Numbered from the stretch's first letter, positions 44,198 to 53,872 are shown. The stretch is DNA of 64,000 bases from Candidatus Aenigmatarchaeota archaeon (GCA_046537845.1 JBKHKA010000007.1:1249-65248), one strand, 5' to 3'. The notes: generated by a model from the letters alone, not told the origin. Numbers and translations are program-made.

Positions 44198-46018
44198 TCA
44201 GAAACTCTCCTGGAACCATCTTTCCCAATCTTCTACAAGCTTATCGTAATCCACTGAACCATACTCTTCCAATTGCCATTCCAACATGTGCCAAAATTTG
44301 GTGTTGTATTCAGGCACATAGTCGGCTTCCAACAGTTCCAATCTGCCCTCTTCCCGGGCCCTCTCCACCACAGCGGATTTCACAAGTGCCCTAGCACGGA
44401 TGTTTTCTTCCGCCTCTTCCATCGACATATCCCAATCGTCCGCTATTTTGGTCAGCAGCTCTGAAGACTCTCCAAAGTAGTCTGTCTTTTCCAATGTGTC
44501 ATTTTCGGGAGAGTACAGCATCAGATCGTTGAACAGATCATCACCTCTATCCAAACCTATATCTGCATCTACAGTGGAGGGTACGGCATCTTTTCTCACC
44601 TCGGATATCTGGGTCGTTTTTCTCACCAGCCGGTGTAATCCTTTAGGCCGTCTGTAGTTCACCATTATCACCCCGTCGGTAGCTGCGAAAGATTTCGGGG
44701 GTATATTCAAGTCGTAAACAACTCTTTCGTAAACCGCCTTCGGAGAATCCGCATGGATGGTGCCCATGACGGCACTGCCCGCTGTACCTGCTCTCATAGC
44801 TTCGTACAAAGTCCTAGCTTCTTCACCTCTGACCTCACCCATGACTATGGCCGATTCACCTAACCTCAATGACACGCGCAGCGATTCTTCGGCCGACATC
44901 TCGCCGAGGCCGCCGATTCCGCTGGATTGGACATGCATGGACTGGACTTTGTAACCTTCCTCCTTGAGGGACGAACAAGGCAATTCTAACGTATCCTCTA
45001 TGGTAACGATCCGTTGACTCGGAGGGAATTCAAACATCAAGGCCGCCGCAAGTGACGTCTTACCGGCACTCCTTGGACCCGCGACCAATAAAGTCGCATT
45101 GCCGTCGATCAAGAAGGACAGGAGACCGGCAGATAGGGGTGAAATACTTCCCTGATATATCAATCTCAAAAGTGTCCATGGATTCGGAGAGTGCCTCCTG
45201 AAAGTTATCGAGACCCCTTCAGGCGAGAGAGGTTCGCCTATCACCGTAGCCCTGGTTTTGTACTCCGGAAGACTGCATTCGAGAACCGGTCTAGCCTCGG
45301 AGAACGCTCTGCCGCTCTCATACTGCAGCCTCGATATGATCGAGTCAGCACTGTCTTTTGTCAGAGTTATGTTAGTTACACATTTAGATGGTAGAGATTT
45401 ATCCAGGCCGGTAGAAGAGATTATAGTATATATCTGGCTTTCTTCTACAGGTGCATCTATGTAAACGTCCGTGGTCCTGGTATCTCTCAATAATATCTCG
45501 ACTATCCCAAGACCGACGGTGTATCTTGAAAGGATATTCGATAACATCCTGACCCTCGCCAATTCCTCTGAACGGGTGCGTCCCAGATTGACTCCTTCGA
45601 TGTTCGCGTACTTGTATATCAATCTGTGGCCTTGTTTCTTTGCGTATTCCCTGATGAAAGTGGGCCGATGACCTTTTTCTTTCCCTGGATAATGGTCCAG
45701 TATCTCCTCTCGTGCGAGGGTTATTATTTTTTTCTGGCCGGGCGGCAGAGTGTACTCAAGGGGTTCCACGTGGTAGAGTGTTTCAGTTTCTCCCGGCAGC
45801 CTGTAGAGGGTGATCCGGGTTTCTTCTACCAAATATTCTTTTACCTTCTGGGCACCCGGGGGAGGATTGAGAACAATCCAGGAAGAAGAGAATTTGGGTT
45901 TGACCCGCTGGTACGACTCGAATATGCTGCTGAATTTTCTCTTTAGATCGTGATCGACTTTGCTTTTCACCAGCGATCCTCTATCTGATATCGGGCCGGT
46001 TTCTGCTTCCATTTTCAT
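44198..46018 (-). CDS. Type II/IV secretion-family ATPase (FlaI/PilB/VirB11-like) (606 aa)
   Basis: Walker A LVAGPRSAGKTS, Asp box IVTIEDTLEL, Walker B AIVMGEVRGEEA and His box GTIHADS, plus a long N-terminal domain. Confidence 0.88.
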   Translation of the reverse strand: MKMEAETGPISDRGSLVKSKVDHDLKRKFSSIFESYQRVKPKFSSSWIVLNPPPGAQKVKEYLVEETRITLYRLPGETETLYHVEPLEYTLPPGQKKIITLAREEILDHYPGKEKGHRPTFIREYAKKQGHRLIYKYANIEGVNLGRTRSEELARVRMLSNILSRYTVGLGIVEILLRDTRTTDVYIDAPVEESQIYTIISSTGLDKSLPSKCVTNITLTKDSADSIISRLQYESGRAFSEARPVLECSLPEYKTRATVIGEPLSPEGVSITFRRHSPNPWTLLRLIYQGSISPLSAGLLSFLIDGNATLLVAGPRSAGKTSLAAALMFEFPPSQRIVTIEDTLELPCSSLKEEGYKVQSMHVQSSGIGGLGEMSAEESLRVSLRLGESAIVMGEVRGEEARTLYEAMRAGTAGSAVMGTIHADSPKAVYERVVYDLNIPPKSFAATDGVIMVNYRRPKGLHRLVRKTTQISEVRKDAVPSTVDADIGLDRGDDLFNDLMLYSPENDTLEKTDYFGESSELLTKIADDWDMSMEEAEENIRARALVKSAVVERAREEGRLELLEADYVPEYNTKFWHMLEWQLEEYGSVDYDKLVEDWERWFQESF

Positions 46019-46070
46019 TCATCTCCAATATTCCTCAATATCTAATCGAGCCTTACTTTCCGTTATAAAA

Positions 46071-46703
46071 TCATTCTGTGGAGGATCCAACTCCTATCTC
46101 TCTCATGGTCATCTTATACAGCTTTTCGTACTCCTTTTTCAGATAATCCAAGTCCTCTAGAGTGGAGTAAGTACATTCCTCACATTCTGAATGAGTGTTG
46201 GAAGACCTGTCTATCTCCCGGACCACTCTGTTGAATTCAGCTTCATATTTTCCTATTCCCTGGGTGAATTTAGTGTATAATCTGGAGAACACGTTGGAAG
46301 GATTGAATCTGCATCCGTGACATTTGAGTTTTTTCTTATCTTTGTTATCTAGATAATCAAAGTATTTTTCCACAGGATCTCTCATCGTGAAATCTTCGAT
46401 GCTGTCCATAAAATCCACTAGGTTGTTCAGTACTTCCATGGATGGACCGAAGTACTCCGTATCCTCGTAGTGAGATAACACAACTGTATCGAGTCCCATC
46501 TCTTCTGACATTATCGTGAGGACAGAAGTGAGGCATTCCTGATCGTTCAGGGATGGTGCCTTGTCACAGTCTGTACATTCGAGCACTAATCGTTTTTTCG
46601 AGCCGCTTTGATCTATATGATAATCACATCTGAAGGCTTCTTCTTCTTCATCATCCCCTCCCAACCCGATCAATTCTTTCATACCTTTTGTTTTCTCGGC
46701 CAT
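46071..46703 (-). CDS. Cys-rich hypothetical protein (210 aa), first gene of the pilus-like operon
   Basis: Good ORF with acidic composition. Cys pairs CTDC, CHGC and CEEC plus single Cys residues suggest metal binding. No family recognised. Confidence 0.6.
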   Translation of the reverse strand: MAEKTKGMKELIGLGGDDEEEEAFRCDYHIDQSGSKKRLVLECTDCDKAPSLNDQECLTSVLTIMSEEMGLDTVVLSHYEDTEYFGPSMEVLNNLVDFMDSIEDFTMRDPVEKYFDYLDNKDKKKLKCHGCRFNPSNVFSRLYTKFTQGIGKYEAEFNRVVREIDRSSNTHSECEECTYSTLEDLDYLKKEYEKLYKMTMREIGVGSSTE

Positions 46704-46837
46704 GTTATTACCTAATTAGAAGGTTGTTAATAAATATTTATTTTCTTCTTGATGTTTTTTTACACTTTTTTACACCTGTTATCGACAAGTATATGCAGTA
46801 CAACCTTTATATACCTTTCCAGAGATAACACCAATAT

Positions 46838-47458
46838 ATGGATACCTTCGCCCACATCACCATCCCTCTGCTGATATTGTTAGCACTGAGGGTCCATACC
46901 CGGAAAGTTCTATTGATGCTGCCGTTCACCGTGGTGATGGATCTGGATTTCTTCTTTCCGGGGGCTCACAGGCTCCTGTTTCACAATCTCATCATAGTGT
47001 TAGTGCTGCCCATCTTTATAATCATATATTTGGACAAATATTTCCCCAGATACAGGCAGTACGGCTTGATAGCTTTCTTTTATCTGGTCTCGCATTTCAT
47101 CTTGGATCTAGGCGTGGGGATGGCGATCTTTTACCCTCTCACCACTGACTACTACTTCTTCGAAGCCGAGATGTTCTTCCAGTTTTGGGGCCCACTTCCG
47201 ATCCCGGATCTTTCACTCGATTACGGTATCATGGTGGCTGAAGAGACCCAGATAGTCAGTGAAGGTATGAGTGCGGGTGATACCGCCACCCAATACTCCA
47301 GCGTTTCCAATATATCTTCTGGCCTGTTCCTGACCTTGGTGGTGGCCGCCTTGATGTACTACGAAAAGAGTTTTACATTCTTGAAAGAGATCTGGAAACT
47401 GCTTGTAGATATCAAAGATTTCTTCCTCGAAAAACTCAGGTCCATTTTCAAACTGTAG
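46838..47458 (+). CDS. Membrane-bound metal-dependent hydrolase-like protein (YdjM/DUF457-like) (206 aa)
   Basis: MDTFAHITIPLL N-terminus, HRLLFHN and SHFILDL motifs, 4-5 TM helices. Confidence 0.5.
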   Translation: MDTFAHITIPLLILLALRVHTRKVLLMLPFTVVMDLDFFFPGAHRLLFHNLIIVLVLPIFIIIYLDKYFPRYRQYGLIAFFYLVSHFILDLGVGMAIFYPLTTDYYFFEAEMFFQFWGPLPIPDLSLDYGIMVAEETQIVSEGMSAGDTATQYSSVSNISSGLFLTLVVAALMYYEKSFTFLKEIWKLLVDIKDFFLEKLRSIFKL

Positions 47459-47461
47459 GAT

Positions 47462-48037
47462 TCAGATCTCCCTCGGTTTAGCGACGACCTCTTTCACTTT
47501 CATATCGAAGAAGCGTCTGCTGTTTCTTCCCTCAACCAGCAGAACGGTGTCAGCGCCGTAACCGGTTCCAGCTATGGCGACCACGGGCTCGGGCGGTACC
47601 AGACCTGCGTCGACAGCCATCGAAACGATCTCTACGCAGACCTTGGTTCCCTGTCCGAATAGACGCAGGGTGTCCGCGATCACCGTCGTGGTCATAACGG
47701 TCCCTTTTTCTTTGCGGTAGTAATCGTTCCAGGAGTGGAAAGGCATGGGCCCCGTAAATATCCTTATCCCTTCCTCTTCCATCTTTTTCCTGTTCTCCTC
47801 TTTCAACTCCTGTTCGTCTTCCTCTCTAAAACCGGTTGAATGCGTCACCGCCACCACATTGTATCTTTCTTCGAATATGTCAGCCGCCAATGCTCCGGTC
47901 TCTCCTCGTGTAGTGGCGAGAACGATGTTTTGGACCGCATTCTCCTCTGCATACTCCTTCGCTATCTTCAGGACCTCTTCAGTTTCTAAGGTCGAGGTAT
48001 CTATCATACTATCACCTTTTTGGGGCATTTGAATCAA
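47462..48037 (-). CDS. Pyruvate kinase C-terminal (alpha/beta) domain-like protein (191 aa)
   Basis: IVLATTRGETGALAAD...VVAVTHSTGF...AIAGTGYGADTVLLV resembles stand-alone PK_C-like proteins of archaea. The start is uncertain (alternative ATG at 48007). Confidence 0.5.
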   Translation of the reverse strand: MIQMPQKGDSMIDTSTLETEEVLKIAKEYAEENAVQNIVLATTRGETGALAADIFEERYNVVAVTHSTGFREEDEQELKEENRKKMEEEGIRIFTGPMPFHSWNDYYRKEKGTVMTTTVIADTLRLFGQGTKVCVEIVSMAVDAGLVPPEPVVAIAGTGYGADTVLLVEGRNSRRFFDMKVKEVVAKPREI

Positions 48038-48046
48038 GATGATCGC

Positions 48047-48481
48047 TTAAACCTTAGATTTATCCACTTCCCCCGGGGTTCCTTTCACCATAGCTACGGT
48101 ACATTTGGCGTGTTTCAGTAGGCGGTTAGTCGTGCTGCCTAAAAAGAGTTCTTTGAAGCCCGAGCTGCCGTGAGACGAGATGTATATCACGTCGTCTTCC
48201 TCGGCATATCCAGAGATACGTTTGTAAGGCGTCCCTTTGAATATCTTCGTTTCGAGCTCAACGCCCATCTCGTCCGCCAGTGCTTCCACTTCTTCCAATA
48301 TCTTTTCACCGGACCTTTTAAGGCTTTTCTCCATATCCTCCGGGATATACAGATCGCCCATCTCGATAACGTGGATGGCGGTAGCGGGAACGTCCAAAAA
48401 ACTAGCCAGTTTCATACCTTCCTTGACTGCTTTCATCGATTCTTCCGACCCGTCCGTGGGCAATATGACTCTTCGATACAT
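48047..48481 (-). CDS. Universal stress protein (UspA family) (144 aa)
   Basis: MYRRVILPTDGSEES...ISSHGSSGFKELFLGSTTNRLLKHAKCTVAMV, including the ATP-binding G-x2-G-x9-GS motif. Confidence 0.88.
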   Translation of the reverse strand: MYRRVILPTDGSEESMKAVKEGMKLASFLDVPATAIHVIEMGDLYIPEDMEKSLKRSGEKILEEVEALADEMGVELETKIFKGTPYKRISGYAEEDDVIYISSHGSSGFKELFLGSTTNRLLKHAKCTVAMVKGTPGEVDKSKV

Positions 48482-48619
48482 AGTCTTTCATCGAATAGGG
48501 TTTATTATAGATTTTCGAAAAATCCGCCTAAATCTCACCCGGAACTCATACCATAACTATATATGCGAGGAGGGTGTAGAATGGTCACTAAGCAAAAATA
48601 AAAAGGAGGTGAACTACGT

Positions 48620-48814
48620 ATGAAAGGCGAAGTAAAGTTTTACAACACCATGAAAAACTTTGGATTCATAAAACCTGACGAGGGTGATGAAGATCTTTTC
48701 GTTCACAGAAGCGATATAGAAGGCAATTATCTGAGTGAAGGAGACATAGTCGAGTTCGATACAGAACAGAGCGAAAGAGGTCCTAGAGCTGTCGGTGTTA
48801 AAAAGATCGAATGA
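48620..48814 (+). CDS. Cold-shock domain protein (64 aa)
   Basis: RNP1/RNP2-like motifs KNFGFIKPD and DLFVHRS. An aggaggtga box lies ~8 nt upstream of the ATG. Confidence 0.9.
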   Translation: MKGEVKFYNTMKNFGFIKPDEGDEDLFVHRSDIEGNYLSEGDIVEFDTEQSERGPRAVGVKKIE

Positions 48815-48944
48815 ACGTTCTTCACTTGTCGACCCGTTCAATTTTTGATTTGAACCTACTTACATCTTTTTTATTTTTATAATTTATATGACAAACAGAA
48901 CTTATAAATATTTTTCAGACCATCGACTCTAGAGGACAACGAAG

Positions 48945-50423
48945 ATGGATGGAAAGACCCTGGCGGAGCACGCCGTGGAGTATGGTTTGTCCAATGGAGC
49001 GGATTACGTTGAGGGCCGGTTCATAGATTCTGTGAGTGAAAATTATTTTTGCCGCAACGGAAAATTTTTGAGCATACAAAAAAGGCCCACCAGCGGTATG
49101 GGGATAAGAGTTTTGAAGGATGGAAGCCTCGGCTTCGGCTCGGTGAGCTCGCTCAGAAAAAAAGAAGTGGAGGATAGGATAAACTCCTTGATGAAGATGG
49201 CACAGATGAGCGAAAGAAAAGAACCCATCCGATTCTCGGAAGAAAGACCGGTGGAGGATAGTTGGACCGTACCCGTGAACATGCCTTTCGAAGACGTGTC
49301 TCGCGAGGAGAAACAGGAGTTCATCAAAAGTTTAGATAAAAATATCAAGAGCAGCGGTTCTAAAGGACTCTCTTTGCGCAGCAAGATAAAGAACAGGATA
49401 CTCTTTTTTCACACCGATTCATCTAAAAAATACATCGTCACTTCTGACGGCTCTAAGGTCGAATCCGACGAATCCTTCATCTCCATATACTGTGTGATGA
49501 ACGCCAAGGTCAAAGCCGAGAAGGAGCAGAGACTATTGGGCCTCGGAGGTGCCTCAGGGTGGGAATGGCTGGAGGAGAAAAACGTGTGTGACGTGATAAC
49601 CAGGGAGAGCGAAAAACTCGTCGAAACGGTCCAAAGATCTGAGAGTATGGATTTCCATGACCCTATTGATGTTATCGTAGGTCCAGAAGTTTCCGGGATC
49701 ATGGCTCACGAGAACGTTGGGCACCCGAGCGAGAGCGATAGGATAATGGGCCGGGAGGAAGCACAGGCCGGGGGTTCCTTTTACAAGGAGCTTTTAGGGT
49801 TAGAAGAAGAGGGAGAGTTCAAAGGGATAAAAGAGGCGGACATCAAGATGGGATCCGAAGCGGTCTCGGTTATAGACGACCCGACCCTCAAAGGAAGTCC
49901 GGGTTTTTATCTGTATGACGACGAGTGCGTAGAAGCTAAACAGCGGTACCTGATCAAGGAGGGCCGCCTCAACGAGCTTCTGCTGAACCGTGAGTTCGCT
50001 TCCAGGTTCGGAACTTGTTCCAATGGAGCCGCACGCTCGGCGGGATACAGCAGAGAACCGATACCTAGGATGTCCAACACTTTTTTCGAGCCGAAGGATC
50101 ACAGCAAAGAGGAGCTGGTGGAGGATGTTAGCCAAGGGCTGTTGATAGAGAGTTTCACCGAATGGAACATAGACGATAGGAGGTATCACAGCAAGTACGT
50201 TGGGTTGGAAACCTACCTTATAAAGGACGGAAGGATAACCGACAAGATGGTGAAGCGTCCCGCACTGGAACTGACCACGCCCGCGCTTCTGGACAGCATA
50301 GATGCGGTTTCAGACGATTATGAATCCCGGATGAATTTCTGTGGAAAGAGCGATCCCATGCAGCCGGTCAGCGTATCCACAGGAGGGCCTTACCTCAGGA
50401 TCAAAGATGTACGAGTGGAGTGA
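48945..50423 (+). CDS. tldD: TldD-family metalloprotease (492 aa)
   Basis: HExxxH motif in MAHENVGHPSE, a GxC region and overall TldD/PmbA fold length. Paired with a PmbA-like gene. Confidence 0.8.
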   Translation: MDGKTLAEHAVEYGLSNGADYVEGRFIDSVSENYFCRNGKFLSIQKRPTSGMGIRVLKDGSLGFGSVSSLRKKEVEDRINSLMKMAQMSERKEPIRFSEERPVEDSWTVPVNMPFEDVSREEKQEFIKSLDKNIKSSGSKGLSLRSKIKNRILFFHTDSSKKYIVTSDGSKVESDESFISIYCVMNAKVKAEKEQRLLGLGGASGWEWLEEKNVCDVITRESEKLVETVQRSESMDFHDPIDVIVGPEVSGIMAHENVGHPSESDRIMGREEAQAGGSFYKELLGLEEEGEFKGIKEADIKMGSEAVSVIDDPTLKGSPGFYLYDDECVEAKQRYLIKEGRLNELLLNREFASRFGTCSNGAARSAGYSREPIPRMSNTFFEPKDHSKEELVEDVSQGLLIESFTEWNIDDRRYHSKYVGLETYLIKDGRITDKMVKRPALELTTPALLDSIDAVSDDYESRMNFCGKSDPMQPVSVSTGGPYLRIKDVRVE

Positions 50424-50428
50424 CTAAA

Positions 50429-51889
50429 ATGGCAGGAAAAAGATTTGATAGAGATTTTTTGAAGATCGCCGTCGAGACCGCTGTGAAGTCGGGAGCGGAC
50501 GAAGCCATAGCCAAATTGGTGGAGGAAAAAAAACACCAGATACGATTTTCCAATTCGTCCATAGACGTGAACAAAGAATGGGAGAACTTTACTTTAGATA
50601 TTTTCATATCTAAAAAGCCGCGTCTTTCTCTCACCAGGAAGATAGATACTTTGTCGATACAGGACCCTGAAGAAGAAAAAATAAAAAAGAGAGTGAAAGA
50701 GAAGGTCAAGCTCTTGGACGCTCTACCCAAAAGCAAACTCTACTGGGGCATGGACGAAAGTTCTCACCGGTCCTATCCCTCTCTAGACCTCTATGACAGC
50801 AGGATGGAAGGCTTCCATAAAAGTGGGCCGAAACTGGTCAAAAAGATGATAGATTCTGCTTTAGATTCCGGTGCTAAGAAGGCAGCCGGGGTCCTGCACT
50901 CTGGAGTGCAAAAAATCGGACTGCTCACCAGCCGTGGGAACGGAGGGTCTTACAAATCTTCGTTCTGCCGCGGGACCATCAGGGCTTTTCACGACGACGA
51001 GAGCAGCGGTCAGGGTTTGGTGGTCACCAGGGACCTCTCCCGTATAGAAAAGAAATTTGAAAAGGCCGGCAAAAAGGCGGGCAGATTGGCCGAGCGGAGT
51101 GTGGGGCCCGAACAGGGCGATCCCGGGACTTACGATCTGATAATGAGTCCGACCGTAGCGGCCAACTTGTTCGGCAACCTTCTGAACGGCACGAACCCGA
51201 TAATGATGATCAGTGGGATGAGCTGCCTGAAAGGAAGGATGAACGATAAGATAGGGCCGGAAGAGTTGAGCATCACGGACGATCCATTGATAGAAGAGGG
51301 GCTCAACAGCAGACCCTTCGATGACGAGGGTACTGCCTCCAAGAGCACCAAATTGGTGGAGGACGGCGAGTTCACAGGTTTGATCCACAACACATCAACG
51401 GCCAAATTTTGGAGATTCCTCAAAACGATAAAGCTGAGATTTTGGGAGAGACCGGAAACCACGTCCAATTCCACTCTGACTCAGATGGGCATGACCGATA
51501 CGGAGGAAAATCCAAAGGTCCTTTTACCGACTCCCTCTAACTACCGTTTCGAACCCGGCTCTTACAGCCTAAAGGAGATGATCTCTGAGTCCTCCCGACC
51601 GACTATATATCTCACCTCCAATTGGTACACCAGATTCACCAACATGGCCGAGGGAGAATTCTCTACAGTTCCGAGAGATGCGGCATTTTTGATAGAGAAC
51701 GGGGAGATCAAAAAGCCGATAAGGAATCTTCGGTTGAAAGGGAACTTGGTAGATTTGTGCGAGAATATGACCGCTCTAGGAAAAGATGTGAAACAGGTGA
51801 AATGGTGGGAGGTCAATACCCCTACTTTCATACCACACATCAAAACGAGTGGATGTGAGTTCACCAAAGCTAAAGAAAAAGGCAGTTAA
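50429..51889 (+). CDS. pmbA: PmbA/TldE-family protein (486 aa)
   Basis: TldD/PmbA-family layout without HExxxH, immediately downstream of tldD. Start moved from GTG 50420 to ATG 50429. Confidence 0.7.
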   Translation: MAGKRFDRDFLKIAVETAVKSGADEAIAKLVEEKKHQIRFSNSSIDVNKEWENFTLDIFISKKPRLSLTRKIDTLSIQDPEEEKIKKRVKEKVKLLDALPKSKLYWGMDESSHRSYPSLDLYDSRMEGFHKSGPKLVKKMIDSALDSGAKKAAGVLHSGVQKIGLLTSRGNGGSYKSSFCRGTIRAFHDDESSGQGLVVTRDLSRIEKKFEKAGKKAGRLAERSVGPEQGDPGTYDLIMSPTVAANLFGNLLNGTNPIMMISGMSCLKGRMNDKIGPEELSITDDPLIEEGLNSRPFDDEGTASKSTKLVEDGEFTGLIHNTSTAKFWRFLKTIKLRFWERPETTSNSTLTQMGMTDTEENPKVLLPTPSNYRFEPGSYSLKEMISESSRPTIYLTSNWYTRFTNMAEGEFSTVPRDAAFLIENGEIKKPIRNLRLKGNLVDLCENMTALGKDVKQVKWWEVNTPTFIPHIKTSGCEFTKAKEKGS

Positions 51890-52352
51890 AAAGGAAAAGA
51901 AATGGTTTTTGATCGGATACTTAATTTCGCCCCACCATTACATACAACTCGTTAGCGTGTTCGTAACTCGGGTATCCGGTTCTTCTTTCTTTGAATCTTT
52001 TATTTTCCATCATTTTTCTCACGATCATAGTAATGCGGCGGGAGTATTTATATCATTCTTGAAAATAAAAATAGATAAGTGTAATGTTGATGTGAAGAAG
52101 TTCAACCCGGGAGTTGGAAAAGTGTACTGGATAGTTTTTTGCAGAAAATGTAAGGAAACAGTAGAAGGGGTCGGCTCGGTCGAACCCTCAAAGCAGGAGG
52201 TAAAGCAGACACGAACCTATGAGCAGGGGGTTTGATGCCGCGTAAAAACCATCCCTCTACGCTGGCTTTTCTCCCGATAAACTCTTCGACTTTTTTCCAG
52301 GCGAACCAAAGATTGCCGAGCCCTGGGATCCAGCTCTGATAATTTAGGTACA

Positions 52353-52787
52353 TTAGGCCGGTGTCGTCCTCGTCCCAGACGCTAACAGCATTCCGTACCG
52401 CTCGTTGTGCAGGTACGGGTTCTGCCAGCCGCCGTTGGCCACACCGTATTCCTTCTCATACTCCGTCGGCATGCCGTCCCTGGACATGTCCTCTGCATCT
52501 TCGTTCGCTACGCCGTCGCCTGACATGTCGTCGAAGCCGATGGGGTTGCCGTCATCGTCTCGTTCAAGGTGAGGGTCGTTCTTCACCGCCCACGCCAGCC
52601 GTTCGACATAGTAGTCCGAATCCGGATCGATCAGGTCAACATGGTTTATCTTCCCGTCCCCTGTGATGTCATAGTCCTTAGGTATCGGGTCGATGGAATC
52701 GTCCAATCCGGAGAAGTCAGTGTCCGGATTGAGTGGACCTGTACCGTACTCATCCGCCTCCTCTTCATTGGTCAGACCGACTATCAT
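52353..52787 (-). pseudogene. 5'-truncated fragment of a calcium-binding (thrombospondin type 3-like Asp-rich repeat) protein gene with foreign codon usage
   Basis: The ORF begins directly after an in-frame TAG, with no signal peptide, inside D-x-D-x-D-G-type repeats (DITGDGKINHVDLIDPDSD, DDDGNPIGFDDMSGDG). G+C is 121/200 for 52361-52560 and about four-fifths of the last ~70 codons end in G/C, unlike neighbouring genes. A possible frameshifted continuation lies in 52102-52353. Confidence 0.45.
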
Positions 52788-53283
52788 CCTATCCCTATAA
52801 TATATGTGAGTTACCGCATATATAATTTTCGTTTTTTTTAAAAATATTGTATAATAACCTATATCTAGGCTTGAGAGAGCTGATCAGACGGCGCACAAAT
52901 GACAACCCATGATCTTCGCATTTTTCAAGCACGAGCTTAGAATGCCCGGTGAAGTTCACTTCCTCCACTTCATGACGTGTGTGAAGGTGAGGGATACTTT
53001 CATCAGTATCAACAGACAACCTATCACTCCGAGGATCGCAATATTTTTTCGCAAGTGAAGTTTTCAGGTATGAGAAAAAGCAGGATGCCGTAAAATATTG
53101 GCAGTGCACAAAAAGCATGGAAAAGGCCAGAGAATGTGTGATAAAATGAGGTGAGCCAACTGGTGTGAAAAATATGATGATCAAAAAATAACTGAGAGGA
53201 GGAGCTAGAAAGTTAAGGTCCTCTCGATCCGTACAATGATGATAGAGATTTTTCGAAAAAACGGTGAAGAAGCTCTTTCAATG

Positions 53284-53715
53284 TTACTCATCTTTCAACT
53301 CGGTATAATCCCACCTATCCTTGACCTCTTTCACTTTTTTCTTATATATCTTCTCAGATAGATCTCCCGATGCGAGCTTCATATCCAGCTCTTCGATCTC
53401 GTTTTCGGCCCTCTCCACCATGGTACCTTTATACCTCTCCGCGAGTTTATCCAAAGTGTTCATCAATCTTTTTCCTGATTTAGTGAGCTCGTAGACGATC
53501 CTGGGTCTTCCTTCAGGCGGGAATACAGCGTTCCTCTCCACCATCCCCCGATCGTGGAGCAGGATCAGATGTTTATCAACGGCCTGTCTCGTGAGCTCCA
53601 GCTCTTCCGCCAGGTCGTCTGGATGGTCATACCCTTCCCGAAGCATCTCCATTATATCACACCTCGTGTCAGAACAGAAGATGCCTATCATATCTTTGGT
53701 GAAATCTTTCATCAT
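53284..53715 (-). CDS. ArsR-family winged-helix regulator with a SHOCT-like C-terminal motif (143 aa)
   Basis: DIMEMLREGYDHPDDLAEELELTRQAVDKHLILLHDRGMVER...RIVYELT (wHTH). C-terminal LASGDLSEKIYKKKVKEV. Confidence 0.8.
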   Translation of the reverse strand: MMKDFTKDMIGIFCSDTRCDIMEMLREGYDHPDDLAEELELTRQAVDKHLILLHDRGMVERNAVFPPEGRPRIVYELTKSGKRLMNTLDKLAERYKGTMVERAENEIEELDMKLASGDLSEKIYKKKVKEVKDRWDYTELKDE

Positions 53716-53872
53716 CGATACATGCAGCAGGGATTATATAGTTTTTATAGGTTCTAGGCGTTTTTCAACCTGAAAGTTAAAGAAGTTCACTCGAGAGTTA
53801 AAACTATCTAAAATTATATTCAAGATAGATATAAATATAGGCCGGCCTTATACCTGATCAAAGGTGAAAAAG

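Noticed and set aside
51849-52235. 128-aa plus-strand ORF after pmbA, and a 30-aa minus-strand ORF (MMENKRFKERRTGYPSYEHANELYVMVGRN) around 51920-52012
   Set aside because: No motifs. The composition is odd (H/F/S-rich) and overlaps the end of pmbA. The small ORF is too short to support without conservation data.
52795-53184. 129-aa minus-strand ORF in the AT-rich gap
   Set aside because: No start context, no family resemblance, and Cys/His/Phe-rich composition unlike the acidic proteome. The region is more likely decayed or non-coding DNA next to the foreign fragment.
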